A DNA stretch of 62,783 nt, filler included, from Choristocarpus tenellus KU-1152 (GCA_964200185.2; 13 parts of 13 records of this genome joined end to end with filler, not necessarily neighbours in it); one strand, 5' to 3'. Counted from the whole stretch's first letter, positions 47,546-61,500 are shown. Notes: a model not told the origin generated them from the letters alone. Translations and numbers: made by a program.

Positions 47546-49994
47546 ATATATATATATGAGACGCAACTGATGGCTCTGATGTGAAAAGATCAAAAGAAAA
47601 ACAAAGAAATAAACCTGAATCAATATCTGGAACACACCAACCTGCCACAGTACAAGAGCACGATTCATTCAATCCCAGAGGTTTCAACATAAAGGAGGGG
47701 TGAAAGCATCAAAATCCTTGAGTCCAGGTCCCAGACCACAGGAAGGCGATCACCTGTTTTGCCTTCTCCTGTTCTTCCTAATACCCTTGAAAGCTATGAA
47801 GGATCTAGCCCCTGTCAGCTTAACTTTGTCCCAAATAACACGGTTTTTGTGGAGATTTAGACTTATGTTTGTTTCAGGATGGAAGAAGAGAAAAGACGGG
47901 AGCCTCGCACGATTCCCCCTTCTTTCTGAAGGTGATGAGGTAGTTGAAAAGAGAAGGGTGATATTATTATAGATGATGGTGGGGCTTAGTTTAGCACATT
48001 TTGCTTCCAGAAGGAACCATTAAATCTGAATACTTACAACACTACTTCTAGAACACTCCATCAAGATATAGAAATAAAAGTCTCGAACATGTGCACATCA
48101 AAACACAGAAGTGTTTCTCCATAAAAATCTCGCTAAAATATGAAACTTGAACCCGAATCCTTTCGGCTACATAGTACAGTAATTCAATATCGTGTTCTGC
48201 ACAGTTTTTTTGCCCTGGCTGGAGGCCTAAGCCTGTCCTCCATGATCCATCGCCAGCATGCAACTCTTTTTTAGAACTAGTAGTAGCTACCTTCCTAAAA
48301 CTCCAAGTGGGACAGCAAGGGAGGGGGCTTTGGTGAGGAATTTGCTGCAACCGTCTGTCATATTATGTATGGCAACGACTTAAACCCTCTATCCAGTGTT
48401 GAGAAAACCCTCTGCCTCCAAGACAGGTGGCTGACTGACTATCCTGGCGGTAGAATGGGGTTATGTCAAGATTGAATGCATATAAATCATGGGTTCAATC
48501 CTCTCTTGATTGATTTCCTGACTCCCGATAGTGGGAGGAAGAAAGAGTGGAATGGAGGGTCCAGGTCACAGTCACGATTAGAAACCTCAGGATTGTGGGG
48601 AAGGGGAGGAAGTAACAGAGGGAAAAGTGCTATGTGTGGGAAATGGGATTTCAAAGCCATACACAGGATGTGGGCGAGCATTTTATTGAGGATATTTCCA
48701 CGTGACATTCACCTGTTGGGTATGTGGGTGCCCTCACCTGCGCAAGGTGCTGGATAAGGTTGGCAAGGAACAGAGGTAAATTGAGGACAAAAATCATTTC
48801 AGCCCATGAACGAAAAAATTGTTGAAACATAGGCTACTCATTTGATTTCCCTTGATACGATACAGTAGTGTCAGTTCATACTGAATGTTGGTTTGTACAT
48901 TTATAACATTTTATTTCTTTAGGGCTTATGCTGACATGTGTATAGTTTTCATTGGATTCCCCCCTGAGACATCTGCAAAATATTACAGGGCATAATAAAA
49001 AAAATTGTATATTTTACTGGTCGTTATCTCACTTTCTTAATTAGCTCATCATCACAACATCATCAATTACCTATACAGAATATCAGAGTACGTAAGAAGC
49101 ATCAAAACAGTCCTTTCCTATCACACATAATAAAGGCATAATATGTGTCACATCAGTTCCGTCAGATATTGATTCAAGTTTGTCTTCTTGTTTCTTCTTT
49201 GTTCTTCCCTTCTTCACACAAGAAGTCGTCAGTTCCATAATATCATGTGTTGATTATTATTTTTCTTGGCTGACATTACCCCCTCTTGAGACATCAAACT
49301 CACACTAAGTAAGCGTACCTGATACGCACTAGGACGCAATATACTCAGTTAAAACATCCTAAGAAACAAACCCTTCTTCTCAAGGTGACAAGCTTCTTCA
49401 CAGAGGATGCATTTTTACATCTGAACGCCTCAATGAATGACACCACTTTCACATCAACCATCATCTGATTGACCAGAACATGTTGTCAAATCTACCAGAA
49501 AAAAATCACAGGTGTTTTACTGGAGTATGATACCTCTTCGCCACAAGCTAGTCACAGCACAAGCAAGCACGACTCATTCGAAATCAGGTTTCAACAAAAA
49601 TCGTACTGCAAATAGCTGTAGGGGAGAAATTAGAACAAGGTAATGCTGGAAGTAAAAGGTGGTCGTAGAAAGACCTCTCAGCCCCTGGACAGGACTTTAT
49701 GCACCAACCACCAAACAAAGTGATCGATGAATTGCAGGAGAACGCAGAGGACACTGTGTGGAGGAGAATGAGCGGAATGGAATTGACTTGCAAGAAATGA
49801 AAAAGACGGTTTGGGGAAATGAGGACAGGTGGGGAAGCGTCCAAGAAGATGAAGGAATGCTTAATAAGGGGAGGGGAATTGATCGATCAGGTTGGTGTAG
49901 GGGATTACCATGTCTCTTGTGAACTGCAAAATTCCATAGAGAGAACTACGATGCGAACAGGATTGTTTGAGCGTGTTTGGAACGGGAGAGAGAC

Positions 49995-51271
49995 ACCCTA
50001 GACGGGTGTGGGCGCGCTTCAAAAAACAGTTAAGGGGAATACCGTCTCCTTGAAATCACAAGCATGATCTGGACGGCTGTTGGACTTCACGCCAACGAAA
50101 CAAGCGAAGATCTGGGAAATCAATGCAAATATTCGCGTGCTGACTATCGACCAACGTTCCGCCAAGCTCGCCAAGTGGGCCTCACAGTTGGCAGCTCAGA
50201 GCTTCATCACTGACTCAAAGTTATAGGGGCAACGAGGGTTCAGCGGTGTGTCGTCCCTAGCCTTTCATTTTCTCACAAGAAGAACAGGGTGGACTTCATC
50301 CTTGACCAGATCTCCCGTAACTGCAAAACCTACAGGACTGGCCTCAACACCATTCACATCGAAAAGTCGTGGTTCTACCTCAGCCGCGAATGAGAGATGG
50401 TGCGTATGTTCCCAGGAGAGGAAAAGGTGGACTCAACGAAGGTACAGCACAAAAGTTATATTCCCAACGTGATGTTAATCTCCGCCGTTTCGCGGTTGGA
50501 TCCTTTCCATGATTCCGATGGCAAGATCAGGATCTGGCAGGTTTGCGTCACAAAGGAGGCACAACAAACTACATCACGGCACACAAAGGGCGAGGAGTTT
50601 GAGGTCGACATCACCATCAATATCTAGTGGTACCGGGAGTGGTACACGGAGCACCTACTGCCAGTGATAAGGAAAAAAAACGAGGCTGGAATCGGCGAGG
50701 GTCTCCACACAGCAGAACGGCGCGACTCCACATACAGGCAAGGGCATGGTGCAGAAGCTGAACACAGCAGGGATGGAGGAGGGATGGAACTTTAAGCTTG
50801 TGACGCAGCCAATACAGTTGCCGGATCGCAACATCAATGATCTGGGGGCTGTTGCACCTCTGAAGAGCAGTGTTTGGGCGGAGCATTACAGCACCATCGA
50901 TGAACTTGTAGAGGGGGGTTTCAAGCATGTTCCACGCGTTTGACGCAGACACGCTGGGGAGGGTATGCCAGAGCTTGTTCAAGAGGTACAATCAGGTGTT
51001 AAGGCCTCTGGGGGGGGGCGATTTCGAGGTAGAGCACATCCGGACCAAAAAAAGGCAGCAAGAGGGTGGGTTGGCTAGATCAGTCAAAGTAGACGAAGCA
51101 GCCTCCGCAGCAGCCCTTGATTGGTGGGTAGACGGTGTCGAATAAAGGCGAGATATAGTTCTTCTATGCGAAATATTCGAAGGAATCCAAGGCATGCTGA
51201 GATCCGTTTTGTAGTCGGGGATCATCTGAAGAGCTACAACTTAACAGCCCATACTTATGGGACAGAGGGGG
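49995..51271 (+). mobile_element. Degenerate Tc1/mariner transposon (plant/oomycete DD39D-like), 5'-truncated, 3' TIR retained
   Basis: Frameshifted motifs IHI.EKSWFYL, KVQHKSYIPNVMLISAVSR, DGKIRIW, QQNGATPHTG and TQPIQLPDRNINDLG (consensus QPPNSPDLN..DLG). Stop at 51145. The 3' end TTATGGGACAGAGGGGG|TA is the reverse complement of a Stowaway-type CTCCCTCTGTCCCATAA TIR followed by TA. Confidence 0.85.
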
Positions 51272-52109
51272 TATTAAAAGGCAGAACATAGATCATATCA
51301 TTGATTCTCAAGAGCCAAAATAGAGAAGGGGAGGCAATACTATTGCATCTGGTCAGAGTGGTTTGGATCAGATGCTGTTCAACAATTTCACACAAGGTAG
51401 ATAAGGTAACACACAATTGGAAATTGCAAGTGGCAGCTGAACCCGGAGTCAGTATAGAAACATAATGCAAATTGACTAACCAATAGGGGCACTGGTAGTA
51501 CCTCCAATACGCCAGTGTTAAATAGGGAAAGAAGCTCTGGTGATTGAGATTAATAATTTGTAGTAAATATGTAGAGTAAGATAGAAAAAAAAGGTTTTCG
51601 AGGCATAGAATCACCTGTAGAGGCAGGGGCAAGACTCTGCTGTCTTTGTTGGTCCTTGGTCTGTCTGGGACCCTTTTGGGGTGACCCTTCTCTGTTGAGT
51701 CATTGTGTTCATTGACCCAACTCAAACGTCAGGCTCAATGTCAACTTGTTCTGTTTGGCATTCCATTAAGATGTGCATGCAACTGCATGCATCAATCTGA
51801 GGTTAGTTCAACCCCCCGTGTAGAGGGTGTTAAAGTATCCCCAAAATCATCAAAGAACATAAAGNNNNNNNNNNNNNNNNNNNNNNNNNNNNNNNNNNNN
51901 NNNNNNNNTTAATTAATTAANNNNNNNNNNNNNNNNNNNNNNNNNNNNNNNNNNNNNNNNNNNNGGTTTGGGGCAAGAATCTTTTTTTTGCGGACATTTC
52001 AAATCCGGCACGGGGGACAAAATCACACCAAAAAAGTGAGAATCGAAAAAATGGTGAAAAACGGACACCGACCCCCCCCCCCCCCAGATACTTCGACCCT
52101 TTATTTGTT

Positions 52110-52287
52110 TTCTGTGAGAACATTTCGGATTTCGGAGTAGGTAAGATGTATAGGACTATGAAAGGTGTGTACAGAGCAAGGATATTGACACCTGCTAACA
52201 ATCACGATAGCCAAAATTAATTAAAATCGCAACATTAGATTTATGACTTTGTACGGACATGGCCTACCCTCTTAAATGCTTTGACTC
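52110..52287 (-). mobile_element. MITE family 1, diverged partial copy, next to a family-2-type end at 52070-52099
   Basis: Reverse-complement similarity ending in CCTACCCTCTTAAATGCTTTGACTC. Confidence 0.7.
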
Positions 52288-52379
52288 ATAAGCCAAATGT
52301 GAGGAGTCTAACGACCACCTTGAATTGCAAAACGTTTTCAATGTAAGACTATGTATACGAAAAAAATATCGTAGTACAT

Positions 52380-54190
52380 AATACATCACATGTCCGACCA
52401 TTTCTTTGGTACACTTTCTCAGGAGTGATTGGGATCAAATATTGCAGTCCTTCATATACTTGGGAATCAAAGCACATTGCCTCCCCAGCGGGATCCAAAA
52501 CATACTCAAATCTCAGAGGATCTATTGCACCATCGAAAAGTTGGATTTGACATGCATGTGCTCAGAATTACGCAATACACTATAGAAATATTCCCAAACC
52601 AGACCTCATACCACAGCAACTTGTTTGGTGATCTTTTTTCTCTCTCACCTGACTTCCCTCAACGGTGGTGATCATGCCCACAGGTCGATTTTGAGTCAAT
52701 GAAGGCCTGTCTGATAGTCCAAGTTCCTGGGACATACTCTTGGTTCTACCCCTGTCACCTTTTTTGTGGCCTCCCTTTTTTTTCCTGTAATGCTCGTTAA
52801 CTTTGTGGGCATTGCCCTCATTTTGATGTATCTCATCCATCAGCTCATCCTCAGCACGTTGGATCTGGTAGTCCACATTCTGTTTCATATTTGTTGCTGA
52901 TTGGGGCCAGGTATTCGGGGGCAGCAATGGATAATCAGCTCCATATGCTGGGAGGGGCTCACGGAGATAATCATGTGACAGGACACACCTTTGAGAAAGA
53001 AACCAGGAGAGGGGAAGGGGGTTGTTGGAGAATGAACTTTTGTTTCAATAGAATGTGCCCCGAAATACTCCAATATTTAATGGATATTCTGTTCATTTTG
53101 TTCTAGCCCTTAATCTGGCATCTGAGCTGAACCAAGTTTTCATGTCACTGATGAATTCAGATATGACCCAATTCCTTGAGCCAAACACACCCTCCAGTCT
53201 CACCTAGACCATGACCTTGACCATAGCAAGATCCTAATCCTCAAGGTTTCGCTCTTACATTTTCATCAGGGTGAGAATTCATCGTGCCACCAACCCTAAA
53301 CTTATCATTATTTTTCTGAAGGTGTGCCACAGCAACTTCCTTTATGCTAATCTTGAACCAAGTCGTTTCTTCTGGCTTTGACTGACTCTCAATCAGTAAT
53401 CTTGACCTAATGTGAATCATTTCCCTATCTGTCATCATCAACAAGACTTACTTCCACCACAAGCAGATATAAATGAAGGAATCTAAGAGTTTGAAATATC
53501 CCCACTTACACTCTGTCCCCTTTTCCATGCCTTGGCAGACCCTTGTCTGCCGCTCTTTCTCATCCCTTGCACAAGCGCTTACCTCCCCACCAGGCGGCAC
53601 TTCTCTAGAGGAGCATCTTGTGAGTGCCCAGATGTTGCTGATGAATCATCAACATGGTATATTTCCACAGCTAGCACGCCATATATCAAGAGCTCCCCTG
53701 GATTTTTGTTGGGCCAGGCTTGGTTTCGTGTTGGAAGTGCAAACACCTTTCCATCACAATCCAAAGATACAATGCCCAACCAGGAGAAGGGAAGGGACTG
53801 AGTTGGGTATAGCTGAGTGGTATTATATATAAACTTTAGTTTTGTGCTCTCTGCTCCCTCTTTCAGAACCTTTGCCGTTAATTGAATAGGTAGTTAGATG
53901 TTGCCTCTTGATCTGTGACCACCTTTATCGTGGAAGTTTGACACATACGGTTGGATCAGGTGAAGAGTCAAGGTCCCAACAAACTAGTCTTGTGGTATTC
54001 TGTGAACCTTATTCCAGTGCATGGCATAGAGGGAGATTGTAATTGTACAAGTAAAACAGCATATTCATTAAGAAAATGACTGGGGTTTAAAGTCTTTTGG
54101 ATATTTTTCCATATCTAGTCGATTGGCACCATTCCATCAAACACACCAAAGATCTGGCGGTCCTCTCAATGCACATCTGGCACCAATTCC
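52380..54190 (-). mobile_element. Possible highly decayed non-LTR retroelement
   Basis: Protein-like but stop- and frameshift-riddled minus-strand frames. No clean diagnostic motif, so this is a weak call. Confidence 0.25.
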
Positions 54191-54194
54191 TACT

Positions 54195-54717
54195 GAGCCA
54201 AAGTATCTTAGAGGGTAGGGTCTCGTCCATTTGGGGGCCAAAACCCAATGTTGCGATTTTGATGTAATTTTGGCTATCGTGTTTTTTGGAAAGTGTCAAT
54301 ATCCATGTTCCAAACACACCTTTTCATGATGTATACATTTTACCGACTCGAGCCAAAGTATCTTAGAAGGTAGAGCCGCGTCCATTTGGGGGTCAAAATG
54401 CAATGTTGCGATTTTGATGCAATTTTCGGTATTGTGTTTGTTAGGAAGTGTCAATATCCATGTTCTGGACACACCTTTTCATTAGGTATACTATTTACCT
54501 ACTCCGAAACATTTGGCGTAGGAAAATGTAATTAAAAACCCCACGGGAAGCCAAGTCCCAAATGGACAAACAGGGCAAAACTCGTACCCTCTAAGATACT
54601 TTCACTCACTCCGAAACATTTTGGAGTAAGAAAATGTCATAAATATACGCCATGGGAAGTCAAGCCCCAAATGGAGAAATAGGGCAAAACTCGTACCCTC
54701 TAAGATACTTTGCACTC
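54195..54717 (+). mobile_element. MITE family 1 (outer copy) interrupted by a second family-1 copy
   Basis: The outer halves 54195-54349 and 54608-54717 rejoin into a full ~255-bp unit. Confidence 0.9.
54350..54607 (+). mobile_element. MITE family 1 (inner, nested copy)
   Basis: Full GAG...CTC unit with TSD ACTC/ACTC (54346-54349 and 54608-54611). Confidence 0.92.
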
Positions 54718-54797
54718 AACGCTGTCCCACTCACCCTCCTTCCACCTTTCCAGTCGTGAGTAGATAATCTCATTTACACTAAACAAGTTTATCTTAC

Positions 54798-55010
54798 CTC
54801 TGTATCCCAAGAGGGTCTCTCTAGGTTGTTGCAGCAAATAGTTCGCCCAACCTCGCAATCATTCCACAGTACGACTCCAAAGACTGCAGGAGAGGTATAA
54901 TGACGGGGTGGTGAGGGAAGGTGCTGATGACAATGTTGTGTGACCCGTATGAGCTGAACAACTAAGAACTCCCTGTTTCCAAGGGCTCGGTCAAGGTTCA
55001 TTGCTGCCAC
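54798..55010 (-). CDS. Possible isolated internal exon of unknown product (VAAMNLDRALGNREFLVV...ERPSWDTE)
   Basis: ttgcag| acceptor, 213-nt open frame, gag|gtaaga donor. Confidence 0.4.
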
Positions 55011-55533
55011 CTGCAATAAGAGTGTTCAGGACAGTGCAGCGATAGAACTGTTAACCAAGGCAAATGATTGGCAGGACGGAGGCTCTCTTGAACAATTATT
55101 CTTTGCCTGCACCTATAGAATAGATGGCAGCACAAGGCATGTACACATCGCTGTCTTCTGGTATATTTTGTGCTCGGAGTGGGCTACTGCTCTTCCAGTG
55201 TAGTACTGCATTTTTATCCTAGCTACTAACCACCGCCCTTCTCCCCTACCGCTGCCTCTTCCACTGCTCCCCAATTATGAACCGAAAAATCCTGAAAAAT
55301 AGGACCTAATAAGGGAGGATGGAATACCTGAGCACGGATTTCTTGCACTGATATCTTGACAAAGAAAATAGATCCCTTTCCCCTTGTTTTTGATTGCTTT
55401 GAACAGATGTAACCTCTTGGTCTCGTGAAATATCAAAACACATACTCTCAGTAAAAGGCCAAGGAAAATAGTCAAGCTATTTCTACCCCAGATCGTAGCA
55501 GAGGATACCTTTACCTCTACCTTGCAACCCTTT

Positions 55534-55605
55534 GAGTGAAAGTAGTTTAGAGGGTACGAGTTTTGTTCTGTTTGTCCATTTGGGACTTGGCGTCCCACAG
55601 GTTTT
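55534..55605 (-). mobile_element. MITE family 1 end fragment
   Basis: GAGTGAAAGTAGTTTAGAGGGTACGAGTTTTG...GTCCATTTGGGACTTGG. Confidence 0.75.
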
Positions 55606-55742
55606 TAATGGCATCTAAGACCCAAAGTATCTGGGAGGGGGGNNNNNNNNNNNNNNNNNNNNNNNNNNNNNNNNNNNNNNNNNNNNTTAATTAATTAANN
55701 NNNNNNNNNNNNNNNNNNNNNNNNNNNNNNNNNNNNNNNNNN

Positions 55743-55913
55743 GTTGGGGGGGGGGGGGGGAGGCTCTACACCAGAGTGTCCATTTGGACCAAAACCAGGA
55801 AAAGTGCACTTTCATTATCCATCCTACTTATGGAACCAAATCACCCAAAAATGGAGACATGAAAAAATTGGTCCAAAATGGACAGCCGCCACCCCCCCCA
55901 GGTACTTTGAGCC
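55743..55913 (+). mobile_element. MITE family 2, left end lost at the contig start
   Basis: Collinear with 43975-44131 and ends CCCAGGTACTTTGAGCC. Confidence 0.8.
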
Positions 55914-57031
55914 CAGCGCCACTAGACATACAAAAACTAGGGTCAATTAGAAGGGAAGAGAGCACATGCATGGGGTCTCCTTTCCCCTGTCTCAAACTAC
56001 ACACAAAATGGATTGTCTACATGCGTATACACCCGTTCGTAGTCCCAAGCAAAATCAAGATTTCATCTAATTCGTAACATATCTCTTGTTTTGATATTGT
56101 GTCTTCTGTTGCGTTCGGGCCTTACCTGCTGCCTTTCAGGTGGGTCCCTGTTGATCTGTATTTTCTGCATCTTGCCTTTGTTTCGCTTCAGACTAAACAA
56201 GCTTCGTTCTCATTAATGAACAGAGATTTAAATTCATGTGTGTTCTACAAGTCGTTGGATTGAATCTTATATTGTGCCTTTACAAAACTCAAGGGACAGC
56301 AATTTCTATCGATTCCCACATTATCTTCTCTCTTTGGCATCCTCTACATTCCTCCAGCCCCCAATCCATGCACCATTTTTCTCCTCTGCACCTATACCCT
56401 TCTGAGGGGGGTTGACTACTATATGCTTGGGAATGGGATGGTAAGTCGTATGTTCAAAGGGTCCTTACAATGCAAAGGGCCTAAAACTCTCTTGGGTGGT
56501 GTGACTCAGTATCGTTCATATAGAACTTTCTTCTCAAGTAGAAAACGGGTAGCGAACAAAATACAAAAAAAAATGGCACTGCATTTATAAGGGACAACAA
56601 AGAGCTAAACATAAACGCGAAATCTCCTTTACTTCCACCACATCTTGCATCAATTCTTAAGGTAGTACACCTGAGTCAAACCATAAAACACAGGTAGGTT
56701 AACCGTCCGTAGATGTGGAAGGAATACAAATGAAGTGAGGGGGCAAAGTAATTTGGAATTTCAAAATTAGCAGTATGAGATATCAGCAGTGAAGCCTCGG
56801 GTTTTCACTTATACACCCCAATCTGTGAGGCAGGCAAAACTACAATTTCAAAATCCAACAAATTGACCCCAATCACAATCAAGAGAAACTTTTATCCCGA
56901 ATTATCCCCTACAGTCATACACATAAATACAACAGGGCAATATATCATACTATTGTGTAAGGAAGAGAAAATGACTTCAGCACATAATGGCATAATCATA
57001 TAGACAACATACACACAACATACAAACAACA

Positions 57032-57283
57032 GAGCCAAATTATCTTAGAGGGTAGAGCCGCGTCCATTTGGGGGTCAAAATCCAATGTNNNNNNNNNNAT
57101 TTTGACTATCGTGTTTGTTAGGAAGTGTCAATATTCTTGTTCCGAACACACCTTTTCATAACGTATACATTTTACCTACTCCGAAACATATCAGAGTAGA
57201 TAAAATGTCAAAACACCTTTGGGAAGCCAAGCCCCAAATGGACAAACAGGGCAAAACTCGTACCCTCTAAGATACTTTTACTC
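57032..57283 (+). mobile_element. MITE family 1, inserted in an (ACAAC)-rich simple repeat
   Basis: GAG...CTC termini, TSD AACA/AACA, 10-N gap inside. Confidence 0.9.
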
Positions 57284-58523
57284 AACATACACACAACACA
57301 ACACACAACACAACACACAACCCACAACCTTCGCACAGAGCACCGAGCTTTAAGCACCGAGCTTGTTCTATGTTTAGAAACATAAATAGAAGGTATCAAC
57401 TCTGCAACAGGTGCCAGAAAGCAAGTACTATCTCTGGCAAATACCTGTTTCATCTTATTCTTGCTATCCTAAAGAATTACAGTGACCAAAGAGGATCTTG
57501 TACCTCCATGTATCACATATAGGGTTAACAATCTGAACAACTCTGTAATCATATATCTCTAAACTGGGCATTCACACTCCTACCATGTCCCCAACAAAAT
57601 CTGCAGTAGCAATAGTTGCGCAAGTGATGACGGCATTACATTACAATGTCAAAAATTAAAAAATTAAACTACAAACTCTTCACGCGCAGAACATTCAATG
57701 CCAAGGCAACCTCTAACTTTCTACAAAGAAAAGCTAACGAAGTGTGGTCCACAAACAATTTAGGGCCTGCAGCCATAAGAGACCACACCTTCACTGAGCT
57801 TTAATAAGAGTCAAACAAATTTATAAGAGCTACCGAGAAGGTGTGTAAGCTTGTCCACTGTTGCTGATGCTGTAATCCGTTGGTTACTCTCTTGATGCCA
57901 GCATCCATTGAGTATATCATGAACCTCGTCTGGCCAGCTACCATCCAATGTTGGTCGCAAGCCACCTTCCACAACCTGAGCAGTTGCCAAACACGAATCA
58001 CAGCAAAGCCCAAGGAGTGCAATTATCTTCTAATCCTATGCTTGGAAGAATTGATCCCAAACGGAACAGGTGGACTCTGGAAGTAGAAGCCATTTGAACA
58101 TACTTCTTTTGAACAACTCTTTCTGAAATGCTTTTCTTCAAGTCTTCCAAATGCATTCACGGTAGTTCTGAAATGAAATATCTGCTCACCTGCTGAGTGT
58201 GCTGTGCTGATGACATGGACGAGAAGACCTGGTTTAGTGATAGCATTTCCCACAAAATAAGACCGTACGAATACATATCCACCTGCTAAATTTCGAGCAG
58301 AGAGCTGTGTGAGCCTTCCAGTCACCCTCGAATAAGGCATCATACACTTGATAACATAGCATACCTACCCTGCCACCAACTAGTCCACAGTACTCAAATG
58401 CGACACTTCAGTAAACAGCCTCGACTGCGGCACTTCCACATATTATACACAACCCAAATTGAAGATCTCATCTCAGTTTCCAATACATGTGAATATACTT
58501 TTGTATTCTGAACCTTTTCCCAC

Positions 58524-58595
58524 CTTCTCATTGTAGGGCTCTCCCCTGAACACTTCTGGCGCCATGTATCGTTGGCTCCCCGTTTCTCCAGTCAT
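58524..58595 (-). CDS. Protein kinase (TKL/Raf-like) internal exon, subdomain VIII
   Basis: cag|MTGETGSQRYMAPEVFRGEPYNEK|gtggg, 72 nt. Confidence 0.85.
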
Positions 58596-61500
58596 CTGTC
58601 AAAATCAGTTGACCAAGGTTCACGATAAGTTGACTGTTGTCCGCTACAAGAATCTCTACATTTACCATCGCATCACAATTCACTAATGTCATCCCATGAA
58701 TGCTGCGCGGCCAAAGAAACTGACTAAATAAATACTACCAGATGGAAAATAAGAGACGATTAATCAACACCCATGGGTCAAAGTATCTGGGGGNNNNNNN
58801 NNNNNNNNNNNNNNNNNNNNNNNNNNNNNNNNNNNNNTTAATTAATTAANNNNNNNNNNNNNNNNNNNNNNNNNNNNNNNNNNNNNNNNNNNNCCCCCCC
58901 TCCCGCCCTCACACCTGCACTCCTTGATTGATCCATCAGGTCAATGATAAGAAGAGCAGTCGGTAACAAAAAGGAGCAATGTTAACCTTATTTATTCTCC
59001 ACTACTGTCAGCATCTCTCCTCTCTCTCTCTATAGTCAGGCCCTGGATGTGTATTTGATGGACCTCTCCGTCCCTATTCCAAGAGAGTGCAATCTCTTTC
59101 CGTTCTTAATTTTCCCGAAATTTGAGCAAACCTTTTTTTTTATGATACACCCACACTCTTGTAGCGAACCAGAAACATTACTTTTTTATCACTGGTGATT
59201 ACAATGTACGTTGCCAGGTTGGTGTGGTGGAGAAAGGGTAGATAGAAGGTAGTTCATGGGAGAAAAATATGTGTGCTTCTGCGGTGTGATTGTTTATTTT
59301 CCCAGGGGCAGTGTGGAGGACAAACATGTGCAATGTTTGTACGCATGGGTGTGTGCTGTGTGTGTGTGACTTCTGAATGTTCTTTTATGTCGAGGATATA
59401 TTCCTGCCTTGATCGAGCGAGAAAAGAATGAGGACCCTTGATATCATTTGTTTTCACTCCTCTCCAAGTTGGTGAGTGGTTAGGTTGATCTGGAAAAGGT
59501 TATTGGTGGCACTGTAGATGTACGTACACTGGTGGGTGCTACGGTAGAGGACCAATACAAATACGAATACTAGCTGCGTTTTGTCTTAGTTTTGTTGTGT
59601 AGGGATAGCTAGAATGCTGGCAAATGATGCTGGAAGTATTACTAGTTAATGATGCCAACAATTTTCATTCCTACTCCATCAGTACTTAATGGTTAGTTTT
59701 TGACATCATTTGTTAGCAGTGATGCAGTTTGCGGTTACTTCTGCAATGAATACCCCCACCCCCTTCCCAAACTCTCATTCCCCCCACTAAAGGCGCTGTT
59801 GACTCATCTTCGGCAGCAAATACTGTGTTACTCTCACTAACTAATTGAGGTCATCAATTGAGTGTCATACGGCAAAAATTATGAACTATTAGCCACTATG
59901 GAGTATGCCGTACATACATCCAACCTGCACTACATACACCCCATTGTAGAAAGCATGTATTAATAGCCAAATATCTTGCCTGCCCAACAAGGAAGTATCG
60001 ACAGTTTTGATCGGTGAACTATTTTCATGCCACACAGTCCTTTACTCAAGAACCAAACCAATGTATATACACTTACAAGGCAAACACCCAAATTATAGTT
60101 ATGTTACGGGACCACATGGGATGGACTTCGGTTGCGCATGTATCTGTAGTGCGTAGATTGGAATGGCATACCTACAAAGTTACAATTCAGACACTGTGTC
60201 ACCTTGACAGTATCTGAAGATTCAGAGAGTGACGGGTGCGAGAGGAACCAGTAAATATGAGGATGTATGATGAGCGATTAAGGGTCAGGTTTTCATATAA
60301 ATTTTGCGAGATGAAAAAAGTATTTTTCGTTGTTGACTTCTGTGGATAGTATTATTAGTGGGGGTACTTCAAGTATTTAATAAAACAGATACTGTAGGTG
60401 ATATAATCTAAGCAACAAGAAATATTTTAAAGGAAACTAGTTACAGAGGAACAATGAACCAGAACATGGAACACCTATGTAAATATGTCTCCTGATTAGA
60501 ACACAAAGATGACAAACCCATTAATGTAAACATTAGTAGTGGTTGTCCCATGACGTCATAGGTTGTCTCATCATGCCATCGTAATATTATGTTGTATAAT
60601 GACTTTTTTCCCCTGTTAGTTAGGTAACTAAGTTAAGCCTCCCTCCTACGACATATTACACTATCTGTGTACAACGATATGTGGTGTCATACCCGTATTT
60701 TCAAAAAATGCCAATGATGTATGTTATTACTATTAATGAGTCAAACCAATTGAAAGTGGCCAGGTTTGGACCCAGTATGTCATCCGCATTCTTTGTCATA
60801 TGCAGGGGATTCATGATGTTCTTCTAAAGAAAATTCGATTTGTCTTCTTTCTTCCACCTCCACTCCAAGATGTGTTCCGCTACCACTCTATGCCCTAAGG
60901 TTTGGTTCATTTCCAACCAAGATGTTGCTCAACATGAGTAGTTTGTTTGTCTGTTGTCTTGGTCGTTGTGTTCTTTTAATGAAATTATCGAGGTGGCTAA
61001 AATTTCCTTACCTCAGATACCTTAGCCTAAAACATATAACCGATTTTAAGTACTTCAAAGGATGGGAATTGCTCCACCTGCAGTTCCACCTACACAACTC
61101 CAGAGTGCTCAAAGCTAAACTTGCATTGCCTTCGTTCCCCTCTCTAACCAAGAAATGTCTGTGCGACCGGCATCTCGTATATGTCGTGAACAAAATGTAT
61201 GATAACCCACAACTCCCCATCTCAGTCAATCCAAATCACCGTAGCACACTGTGACACTTTTGGGACAGCAAATAAAACCCACTGAAAAAATGTATCCACC
61301 TTACATCCACATTTCTATTCAGAGAAATTACAGTGGGATGTCCAATCAAACCCTGTGTAAGCTAACTCATATGAGGAAAGACATAGACAAAGAGTAGTAT
61401 TCAATCCTTTGATCATCTGAGGGAAATCGTTTTAGATCAGGGTAAATATAGATAGAACCAACTGGGATTCGAACCAAAACGTTTTCTACTTGTGAAAGAG

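Noticed and set aside
55619-55913. One family-2 MITE spanning the linker
   Set aside because: The flanks (CTAA vs CAGC) give no TSD, and the linker joins arbitrary contigs.
3465-58893. Regularly recurring TTAATTAATTAA flanked by Ns as a biological repeat or a piggyBac-type TTAA site
   Set aside because: It has an invariant 44N-12-44N structure with stops in all frames, so it is an artificial concatenation linker.
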